NCBI GenBank assembly: GCA_013239625.1
Contig: MU054220.1
Span: forward strand, 1,541,509-1,605,508
Direction of reading: 5' to 3'
Length of the DNA stretch: 64,000 nt
Origin: Lama guanicoe
Lineage: Eukaryota
The position numbers and the translations under genes were made by a program. Within the stretch, counting starts at the first letter, position 1. The number at the start of each line of letters is the position of its first letter. The notes below the pieces were generated by a model, which had not been told where the DNA came from, made no database searches, and saw only the letters and a list, made by a program, of their open reading frames with translations. Shown piece after piece: positions 13,461 to 24,800 of the stretch.

Positions 13461-13709
13461 ACCTTTTACACTCTCTTATTTATGCCTCTGATTTCAGTTC
13501 CCTCTCTGAAGATTCTTCCCAATATTTCATGGGCTGCTTCTGCCCTGCACCACTGGGCAACATGGTGGGGCAGCCTGCATCTCCCAAACACACAGCCTTG
13601 CAAGAGGTTCTGTACCTCTCAGTGCCCACAGACATTAGTGGGGCAGACACAGTGGATATTTTGTTGGCACCACTAATGAACAAATCCATGACTAAAGAGT
13701 TTTCTTGCT

Positions 13710-13927
13710 GGCGGGAGGGTCAGGATAGGGGTAGTGGATTAAGAGGTACACACTTTAATGTATAAAATAAATAAGCTACAGGGATATATCGTACAACACA
13801 GGGAATATAGCCAATATTTTATAATAACTATAAATGGAATATAAACTTCAAAAATTGTGAATCACTATGTTGTACACCTGTAACATATAATACTGTACAT
13901 CAACTATACATCCAAAAAAAAAATCAG
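13710..13927 (+). mobile_element. L1 3' end with A tail
   Basis: tataaaataaataagctacagggatat...cacagggaatatagccaatattttataataacta...; degenerate TSD aaagagt...cttgct. Confidence 0.8.
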
Positions 13928-14898
13928 AAAGAGTCCCCTTGCTAAATGATTTCTATGGTTAGACATCAAACCTTTTCTGGTTAGACAGTGTTGTTAGGCA
14001 TCAATTGTTTTGATGTCTATAAAATTTCTGAATTTAGTTAGAATCAACTTGTAAGTTGTAAGTTTCTCACAACTCCAAAAGCTACAATTTGATATTATAT
14101 TTTTGTGTGTCAGGCTGGGTAGGCATATTCCTTCATTCCATCCTCACAACAACTGTATGAAATAGACATTACTATACTCATGTGTCTATGGTTCAGAGAG
14201 GTTGTGTAATCTGCCTAACGTCTCACACACACACAGTTAATAATTGGTAGAGGTGAAATTTGGACTAGGGTCCATTGGACTTCAAAGCCCATGCTCCCTC
14301 TGGTTCTGTAAATTGCCTCTCAATAATTACCTAGCACTGTGCTGAGCAAAGGACAATATTAATTAAAACTAATATTTGTATTTCAATATACAGTTTTTTA
14401 AAATGTCATCCTATGCACGGTTTCGCTTAATGCTCAGGAATAACCCTGAGAGGCAGGTAGCAGTGTTATCCTTAGATTTAGATACAAAAACTGAAAATAG
14501 AAGAAGATAAAATGACTTCTGAATCATTTGGATACAATGGAGAGCCAGGATCCAAATGCAAGTCTTTTCTATTCATTCTCTGTGTCAGGCTCTGCCCAAG
14601 TGTTTGATAATAGGACCTGTGTCCCTGGGCTGAAGGGGTGAGCACAATGCCTTTTTTTTTTTTTTTTGCCTCTTTTTGCCTACCTGTAGCCTGGTTGGCT
14701 CTTAAGTAAATGTTCATTTATGCAATAAATATTTATTGAGCACTTAGTATATGCCAGGCACTGAAAACACAAGGAACAAAGGCTGTGCCGTCTCCTGAAC
14801 TCACGGGGCTTACTTTCTGGTGGAAGAGACAAAAAGATAAATTGCACACAATTATAAGTGTTACAGGACGATGTGGTAGGAAACAAAGGGGAGGTAAA

Positions 14899-15039
14899 TT
14901 TATTTTATTAAAAAAATTTTGTGGGGGGGGGAGGTTATTAGGCTTGCTAATTTATTTACTAATGGAGGTACTGGGGATTGAACCCAGGACCTACTGCATG
15001 CTAAACAGTCACTCTATCACTGAGCTGTACCCTACCCTC
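14899..15039 (-). mobile_element. Vic-1-like SINE
   Basis: 13-bp TSD aaggggaggtaaa at 14886-14898 and 15040-15052. Confidence 0.88.
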
Positions 15040-15329
15040 AAGGGGAGGTAAACTTAAATAGAGGTCAGAGAAGGCATTTCTGAGAAGTTAACAAGAACTG
15101 AATGAATGAGTGCATGAATAGCAACCCCCGATGGATTCATTATTCAGATTTATCTACTTTTTGTTGACCATTAGATTGTTTCTGGTTCTGACACTGAATA
15201 CCTTTTGTATGTTACGTTGCTGATGCCAAAGGGCCTAGTGCAGAGGCGAAAAACAGCGAAGGATCTTTTTCAATTCTGTCTAATCCTCTGACCTTGCCTT
15301 TGCTGTCAGGGTCACTCCCCCATTGCCAC

Positions 15330-15810
15330 GCCCATTCTTCACCGCCCGGCTGCTTCCGGCCTGCGCAAGCGCAGGAGAAACCGCCGTTCCTAGTGGCGGG
15401 CGCGGATCCCATCCGCTAGACGCATGCGCCCCGGCTCCGTAAGCCCCGCCCCCCCCCGCTGCGCCCGCTCGCGAGCGCCTGCCGTTTCTCGGGGCGGGGC
15501 GGTGGGCGGGGACTGGACGGGGAGGCGCGCGCCGGTGCGTGGGTGCGCGCGCACCGCGGGCGGGCCAGTGAAGCCGGCGGCCCTGGCACGTGATCCCGGA
15601 CCGGCTCGGTCGCTTGGTGGCTCCGTCCGTCTGTCCGTCCGCGGGTGCCATCATGGCGGACGCGGCCAGTCAGGTGCTCCTGGGCTCCGGTCTCACCATC
15701 CTGTCCCAGCCGCTCATGTACGTGAAGGTGCTCATCCAGGTATGAGTCGTCGCCATTCCCTACCCCGCCCGGCGCCCTATTCGATCGCAGCTGCCCACGG
15801 CGCGTGAGGA
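15330..15810 (+). promoter_or_regulatory. MTCH2: MTCH2 CpG-island promoter
   Basis: CpG-dense; ETS/GABPA CTTCCGG 15353-15359; NRF1-like TGCGCAAGCGCA 15362-15373 and CGCATGCGC 15421-15429; GC box GGGGCGGGGC 15491-15500; E-box CACGTG 15587-15592. Confidence 0.85.
15653..15739 (+). CDS. MTCH2: MTCH2 exon 1 (coding part)
   Basis: MADAASQVLLGSGLTILSQPLMYVKVLIQ; donor CAG|gtatga. Confidence 0.97.
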
Positions 15811-18800
15811 CCGGCTCCAACCTTCCCAGGCCTTCAGTCTCCCAAGATGCTGCTCCTTCTTTGCTGCCTGTCCCTTCCTTCCCCGCAGGGACAACTTCCA
15901 CCGTCCGCGGAGCTTCCACTGCTCGTGGGCCTTCCAGAGTTTCGCTGGGAGGCCCTCTCCTTTCCCGTAGCCAGCTGCCGCCCTGCCCTGCCCTGGCCAG
16001 TGGCTCCCCTGAACTTTGTTTTTCCTTCTCTGAGGTTGATCCTGGCCGGGCGCCACCAAGGACTTCCCAACCCTCCCCTCTCCGTCCCTCTGGAATTATC
16101 ATTCATCTCTCCTCCCGGGCCCCAAACGCAAGACAGGAAATCTGTTTGAACACAAATTTGAAATTAGAGGGGAGCCAACATTTTATGAGGTTTTCTTTTC
16201 TATTTTTTTCCCCCTACTGTTACTGCTGCTATTCTGTTCTGAGATTTTAGCACTAGATACCCAGAGAAACACAAGGAGCTCATTCAGAAGTGATAATGAA
16301 GTGGTTGCTGAGTCAAATTTCGGAAGGATCCACCGAGCGCTTTCCAACAGCAGCCCATGTGGCCCATGACAATGAAAATCACATCTGTCAGAGCTGGAAA
16401 TCAGTTCAGCTGAAAGACTTAGCGAGTTTAAGTACATATGTTAGTTTCTAACCTACTGTGAAATAATTCTTAAGTGGTATTTTATATTCACAGGCAAGTG
16501 TGCCAGGTTTTAGCTAATGATCAACTATTAGATAGTACTTTCAGTTGTCTTTGTAAATTTCCCTGTGATGGGCATGTCATTCATTTTTTAAACTTAAGAG
16601 TTGACATAATTACATCATATGTTGTACCAAGGAAGGGAGCAGTTTCTAGAACCCCTATCCTCACCATCTACTTTTCTGTCAAAATATGCAGGACACTAGG
16701 GAGGTCCCCATCACTTCTTTTTGAGATGATGATTCTAATCTGTCTTATATGTTGTTGAGTTGACCCGTGTGGATTCAGAATCTGTATGTAAAAAGCTATT
16801 GAGAAATAAGTAATTTAGATTAAGGAAAAAATCTTTGAAATGTATTGTGACATCTAAAACAGTATTGACACATTTGTAGCTCAATAATATCTGAGGTAAC
16901 AGCATTTTGCAGTAAATCTGATATAAGCCCACTGTTCAGTACTTAAAGAGGCAAGATTTTCTAGTGATATTCAGAGCTCTTGCCTCAAAAACTTAAATAT
17001 CCTTAATCCTCATTGCATAACATCCTTGTGTTGGCAAGTGTCTCGAGTTTTGGTGAAATTCCCAAATACTCAGTTTTTAAAAGAGTTGCACGGTAACACT
17101 TTCAGGGAGTTCAGCCAGGAGTTATTTAATTGAACAAGTTAAGAATCACAGCAGTAGAGTCAAAACCACTTCCAACAGTGTTCATTCTCTAAAGCATTCC
17201 TTTGGCACTAAAGAGTTTGAATATTACTGTAGAAATAAAATGATGACATTAATCCTAAAATGGCCTTCATTAGGTTATTCATGACAGTCTGTCCCTTTAA
17301 CATGCACTTGTAATTATTTCCCAAATGAATTATCCAGCTGTATCTGCATTTACCTTTTAAGTGTCCTGCTAGCCAGATATGAAGTTGATGCTGGCTTAGT
17401 TTTCTCACTTTGTCCAGATATTTAAAATGTGCTAGATTTTTGAGCCTCCTCAGTGAACTGCAGCTTTCCTAACACAAAAGTTTCCTTAATCTATTTTCAG
17501 TTTGATATTAGTCCATCTCAGCTACATGGTTTGCATTGTAAAATTTGAACTAAAGGAAAACTTGAAGTTTATTGAAGCCAGTCTTAATCAAGTGACAAAA
17601 TTAAAAAAAAAACTGGCAAGGATGATCCTTCATCACTGTCTTGGAACACTACACTGCACTTTAACTCATGTTAAAAATTTGGTTCCTTAAAAAAAAAAAA
17701 ATTTGGTACCTTAGTGAAGGATGTGTCCAGTGTCCTGCGATGGGTCCCGTGTCACTGCCTACATGATCTATTTGTGTGGTTACATAGCCCTTTATTTAAA
17801 AGAGAGAAGTTCCTTTTACGAAGTTATTAAATTATGTGTTTAAAAGCTAGGGGAAAAAATAATTTTGTTCTTTATTCAAGACCTTACAACCAAGGCATTT
17901 CTGAGACTGCTGCTTAGTATTGCTATATTCTCTTGTTTTTAAAGGTGGGATATGAGCCTCTTCCTCCAACAATAGGACGAAATATTTTTGGGCGGCAAGT
18001 ATGTCAGCTTCCTGGTCTCTTTTGTTACGGTGAGTGTCTGATTTATTTGGAGCTGGATGACACTGAGGACTGCGATAGGCAGGAGTTAACTGAAAGAAAA
18101 TATATAGAAAGCATGTTTCCTTGAAATTTTTATGTAACCATTTCTTTCAACCAGAATGTGAACCTCTGACTTGTGTTCTTAGCTCAGCACATTGCGAGCA
18201 TCGATGGGAAGCGTGGCTTGTTCACGGGCTTAACTCCAAGACTGTGCTCAGGGGTCCTTGGAACTGTGGTCCATGGTAAAGTTTTACAGGTAAGAAGAAA
18301 ATCAATCCCTCTTCCCATAGATTGAGATTACCTTTTATGCACAGTTTGTTCTACTGATCCAGAGCACTTTCAGAGACATATTTATAGCTATGGCCTTTCT
18401 TCCTCTTGAAAAAGATTTACTTGAAATACCCATTCTTAATTCTTTCCTGGGGAGCAGGGAGAATTTGTCCAAAGTGAAGTGATTGTATTGGAGCTACCCA
18501 AGGTTCTTCGTCTGGACCAGTTGTGAGCAGAAATTAAGTACACTTATTTGAGCACCTGTGTAGCTCATTTATTTCTTTGAAGGAGGATAGAAACTGGTTA
18601 AAACACCCATTTCTTCTTGAAGTTATTTTCCTCTTATGTCTAGTGTTTCTCCTAGTAAAATGTCTTCTGTTACAAACTTTTTTTTTTTAATTTATCAAGA
18701 TAAACTTAAAAGGTCAGGGTAGTCTGTCTTTGTGGGAAGAGGAAGAGGGACTGTGCATGGGGTAGGTTCTAGGGTAGTGGAAGTGATTTTCCTTCATCTG

Positions 18801-21800
18801 GATCATGGCTATATGGATATTTGCCATTTAATTATTTGTTACCTTGCGCATTTGTCTTTTGTGAGCTCTTTCTGTACATGTGTTGTACTGCATACATTTA
18901 GAAATTTTTTTTTAAAGGGGGAAGAAATGAGGGGTGGAACTTAAGCTATATGTGTGGCGTTTTATTAAGCATAAAGGGCAAAATCTAACCTTGATGGCGG
19001 ATGCATAGGTGAAATATTTTCTTAATTTTTCTGTACGTTTGAGATGTTTCATAAAGTGTTTCTAAAAACATCAAAATTACATTTCTTTCTTAGTGATCTT
19101 TTTGTTTTGCCAGTTTCTTTTAACTTAAAATACTAAAGCTTGTAATTTTGATTGTACTGGTTTCTCATTTGCACCAGTCAGTTACAATGTAGGTCAAACA
19201 GAATTGCCCTTTGCTATATTTATAAATGTATTATGAATACAAATTCTGTACCATTTAGAACAGTCCATAGGAAGGTTGTTTCGCATCAATCTGGTTGAGA
19301 ATGTAAAACTAGTGGGTTTTTTAGTTCATTATTCTGTCTTCTACTGGCACCAAGGGTATGTTATCTTCTGTGCTGTGGCTCTCAGAAATGTAGCAGTGTG
19401 TGCTAACCTAATCTGTATAATACTTTCAACCTATATATTAGATGAGCTAAATTCCAAATGTTTACTTACAAACTGTTTCTTTTCTTTTTTTTTTTTTTTT
19501 TCCATGGATTTTTTTTTTTATTTTAAGGCTTAACTAACCCCAAGAGTGGGTCACATTTATTTTCAAAATTTTCAAATACATTCAAAAATCCAACAGTTGG
19601 GGGAGAATAATTTCTCAGTGTAAATGGAGAACGTGTTGGGTCCAGGAAATTACTTGATGAAGCAAACTTTTGAGGAATGTCAGTGTATGTTTTCCAAAGA
19701 ACGGGGACCATTGGAAGTCTTTGGACCATAAAATGCCTCCGGGGTTCTTGAGAATGTTTGGATTCTGGTTGTGAAATAGCAGAACTATGGTGGAGCCAGC
19801 TGTTCTTATATCATCAAGCACATCTTCACAACATTTCCACTGGACTCTTATTTATGAAGATGACGGACCATGTGCTTTATCAATTTAAGCTGTTTTAAAG
19901 CTTTTGAAGTCTGCAGATTCAAAAAGTCTGCCAGAGTCCGGAGCCTTTTTGGAGGAAGATCTAGCTCAGGACATAGTTGTCCTAGAGGGGTAATTTGCTT
20001 CCTAGGATTCTTCACATTCTCATAGGGCAACTGTGGAGTCTGGACTTCTGAGCCTACCCAACTTAACCTTCATCCTTCCTTGATAATCTGGTATTCCAGG
20101 AGATTCCTATCATCTCAAGCCTTTCTGAAGTGCCTCCTTTAGAATAGGGGCATGTGGATCCTCTTCTAAAAAGTCACATGTGATCTTGACTTCAGTATAG
20201 TTTTGTTTGTTGTTTGCATTTTCCTTCCTTCTTTCCTCCCTCCCTCCCTTTCTCTCTTTCTATCTCTTTCTTCGAACTGTTTATTTTCAGTAGTACTCAG
20301 ATAACCCTTCAAGTACCTTTTAAGGCTTTAACGTTGTCCCAATTCTACTGTTTTATCATTTAATGAACAAATCATGATTTTGTTAAACAATTTCATGATC
20401 TAGTTGGCTTGGGTTTTAAACTGTCTTCAGACTTCATTGAATTGAATTGGAGAGGTTTTCTAGTCACTTCCTCATGTGGAAGCTGCTTCACGCCTCAGTC
20501 CTTTTCTCATCCATTATGCTTACTCTTGTCGTCATGCCTGGGGCCTGAATGTAGAAGCACCATTTCAGGGGGCCCATGGGTCAGGGTGATGGAGTGTCAG
20601 TGGGCCCGTGTGCTTGGTGGGTTGATTACTACTCTCTTTTCCTGCCACCCTGTGCTCTGGCTCAGTGGAAGAATAGCTGTTACCAAAGTGAGGTTTAACT
20701 TTTCATGTGGAAAAAACAATTGTCATGTGATTCAAAGAGGTTTACATATACACTTAGAACAAGAATGAAATTACTGCTTAAGACCAAATTCCTTCATGTA
20801 AAGGAAAAGTACGACAAACTTGACATAACCAGGTACCTGGAATACGTGTTTCACACGCAGCCAGATGAACTAGAACAAGGCATTGGTTCTACACTTAGTG
20901 TCACAAGCAGCTCATACAATCAAGAGGAAAGTCCAGTTCAGGGCTGATGTAATTGTTAGCCTTTGTAGGAAAGAGTTCTGTATATTCCAAACGAATTAAA
21001 TTCAAATCTGTTCAGAATAATGTAAAAGAGACAGGTAGAAAATTTTATTAATGGAGTGAAACCAAAGTCTAGAAATGAGTTAGAATTTTTAAACACACCT
21101 GAAACTGTTAGAATTAATTCTGGCCAAAGACCTGGAAGCTGACCAAAACCCATCATTTTACTTAATCATGATGTTTGTTCTCTTGCCTCTGATTTTTTTA
21201 AAAAACATAATTCTTTTCACAAAAGACAGTGTTGTCTATTTTTAAAACCTGGTTATGGCTAGGAGGTCAGTTGTCTGGTTCTTGTATGTCACCTCGCCCA
21301 TCTTCTATTTCTTAAATATCCCACAAATATTTCATCTGCCAGTATGGTCTCAGCTCTGGTGGTATATTCATGCTCTCTTTTCTAATGTGTGGTTTAGAAA
21401 CAGAGTCAGATACAAAAGGAAAAGCCAGGCAATTTCAGCTATTCAGACTTAGCACCAATTCTCTGCTCTTTGTACAGTGAAGAAAAGAGTCTTGCCCTAA
21501 TTTGGTATTGGACTGGCTTTTTCCATGAAAAAACCCTGAGGGTTTTTCCATAGCCTTAGTGCTAGGCTATGTTTTTACCAATTTATTTTCTGTTATGTGT
21601 GTATGTTTAGTAAATAATGTTCTTGGATTTTTGTTTTGTTTTCCTTTTTCTTCTTTTAGATGAGCATATTTTAGGAGCTGAACAATCAATATGTTAAACT
21701 TAGCAACAAGATTGTCTTAGAGATACTTATTTCCAGTTGATTAGTTAGAAATAGAAGTTAATTGGGGGTTTATAGCCTAAAAAAAACCCAACTATTTTTA

Positions 21801-24800
21801 ATTTCTGCCAATCAATAGAGTTTTCATTTTACATCCTGTCTCAGTAACACTGTGGTAGCCCTAATCATCCTTTCTTTTCTCTTCCTTTGTAGCATTACCA
21901 GGAATGTGACAAGGTGGAGGTATGTTGGAACCAATTTGTACGCATGAGCCCATTTGCCCTGTGAGTTATTGTTGCTCCTTGGTCCTCTCTAGGAGAAGGG
22001 ACAAGCAGTCAGTTTCTCTTTCACCTCAGAGAGTGTTGATATACAGGGTGGCCACCAGTTTGAACAGTTCTATTTAAAACCATCAAGGGGGTGAGGGTAT
22101 AGCTCAGTGGTAAGGTGCATGTCTAGCATGCCTGAGGTCCTGGGTTCAATCCCCTGTACCTCCATTAAAAAAATAATAAATGAATATCCTAATTACCTCC
22201 CCCCCAAAAAAGACGAAAAAATAATAAATACATTTTTTAAAAAATAAAATAGTTGAACAAGCCATTTAAAAATTTTTTAAATTAAATGTTAATTTAATTT
22301 AATTAACATTTAATTTAATTAAAATTTAATTTTTCAATTTAATTTAATTTTTTAATTTAATTTAATTTTTTAATTAAAAAATTTTTAAAGGGGGGAGGGT
22401 ATAGCTCAAGTGGTAGACTGCATTCTTAGCATGCATGAGGTCCTGGGTTCAATCCCCAGTACTTCCTCTAAAAATACATAAACCAAATCTCCAAATAAAT
22501 AAATAAATAAATACCATCAAGATGTCTGTCTTCTTTCATTTTAATTTCCAGGAGTCAGGATCTGGAAATGTACAGAAAGAAGTTTCATCTTCCTTTGACC
22601 GAGTTATCAAGGAGGTAAGATGATTATGACGTCCCTAATTCAGAACAAATGCAGGTGGCAGTTATGGAATCAGGATCATCCAGCCTGTATGTTCACTGTC
22701 TGTTCCAAATGAAATTAGACCTTCAATTTAATTTGGGCTTTACTGCATGTAGAACATTGCTTGCTGTTTGGAATAGATGCATTTCAAGGAATCATATTTT
22801 GCCCATTTGTTTCATCTTTAAAATTGAAGAGGTTTCTACTGAAATCTCTTATAACAGAGTTGAAAATCTCTGGCCCAAAATTGTTAAAATAGTGACCAGG
22901 CCCTTTGTCAGCTGGATATTATATATCCAGAAATGCTTGTACAGTATCATTCTGACTTTGGAATGTCCTCATTGCCCGATTCCCACTCCTGTCTTCTGCT
23001 ATTAGAGTTTGCTGCATGCCTGACTTAATAATACTCTTTTACTCGTAGTGTTTACATTGTCTAATTGTCTGTAGTGAGGTCATAATTTTTCAGTAAAAGC
23101 TGCCAGCTAAAATACATATTACCAAACAAGTATTGCTATAGGTCTAGACATCATATGAGTCAACTTGGTTTTCTGTAAATTTTCATGAAGTCATTTTCTT
23201 CAGAAGTAGAGATACAGGGGGAGAGGGTATACCTCAAGTGGTAGAACGCATGCTTAGCATGCACGAGGTCCTGGGTTCAGTCCCCAGTACTTCCGCTAAG
23301 AATAAATAAGTAAACCTAATTACCTCCCCCCACCAAAAAAAAAGTAGAGATACATTTATTAATATGCATTTTATATTTTCTTAACTTCATTTAGTTCATC
23401 CTGTCCCATAAGTTCTGAAAACTACCATTGGAGTAAGGGGTGAGCAATCTCTTAACTAAATGACCAAAGATAATGTTTAAATGCAAAAAATGAATAACAG
23501 ACCTGCTATATTTAACAGCCCACCTCCAAGGACTGTGATTGAATTTTGTCTTTTAGTCACCTCTTTAGCGAGTCCTGGACAAGAACGATAAACTAGGGTA
23601 AATATAGCAGCTCTGAGATACTGCACAGTTTTGGGATTGTGGTCGAAAAACAAAACAAAATCATTCTGTTCTCCTTGAGATGTTGATACAGATTAAATAG
23701 AGCCTGATGTTTGTCTAGTATCAGAGTCTCTGAAATCGCTCACAATGAGGGAGCAGCTAACTAATCTAATACAGGCCTCATAATTTTATTCCAGCTAGGT
23801 TACTGGTTGCTGGTGACCTTCTCGATTTCTTTGCTTTTGTTTTTATTATCTGTAAAATTGAGGTGATAACAGAAATCTGCTTTGCAGAGAAATTTTGAGA
23901 AGTAGCTGTAACAGAACATTGAAATCCACAAATGAGAGCCGTGCTAGAATGCCGGTGTATTATGTGGTGTCCGTGTGTTGTATTCCCGATTCCTGACTCC
24001 AGGACAGGAGTGCTGGTCGCTCACTTCCTTGTTCTGCAGTGTCCACCCACATGACTGCTCACAGGAATTTGAGTGTCATTTATTTAGATTTCAGAAGTGT
24101 GTGTTGATTGTTCCTAGACAACTCGAGAGATGATGGCTCGTTCTGCTGCTACCCTCATCACACATCCCTTCCACGGTATGTTTGCAGTTGATACCTGAAA
24201 TCTGATTTTTTCTTTCTTTTATAACATGATCTCTCCTGGCTACTTAGATCGGTTGACGTGGGAGTTCACTAAAGTCCCTTGCCTGCGTGGCTTTTGTTTT
24301 CTGTTTTGCTTCCTTGTTTTGGCTTTTACCCAATTTATCCAGATAGCAAAGTATCTTTAGGTGGAAAAACTTTTTTTTTTTCAGGGCTATCAAAATTTAT
24401 CTCAATATACCTTTAAAAAGTTTTTTCTCTGTGTTCTACAGTGATCACTCTGAGATCTATGGTACAATTCATTGGCAGAGAATCCAAGTACTGGTAAGTG
24501 TTTTTGTTTTGCAGTGTTCAAGGAGCCCTGTTGAAGCCAAAGAATTGAATAATAATACTTCACATTTTTATGATGCCTTGGGGTTTACAAAACAAATTCA
24601 TATATCTTATATCATTTGATCCACACATACAGAAAAAACAGTAAAATAGAAGAAAAGGGCCCAGACACTTTCAGGAACCTACCCAGGCTCTCAGTAAGTT
24701 GCAGAGCCAGCGAAGCCAAAATTCACCCTGACTCCATGTGATTACACCCTTAGATGGTAATATCTCCACTTCTGTCTCCAAATCCAGCTGTCTTTGCAGA

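Noticed and set aside
15212..16250. Multiple ORFs of 60-228 aa around MTCH2 exon 1
   Set aside because: CpG-island artefacts: low-complexity Arg/Gly/Pro content and no recognisable homology
19470..19540. Strong acceptor-like tract in MTCH2 intron 3 (another near 21640-21660)
   Set aside because: No convincing paired donor found; T-rich tracts are common in introns
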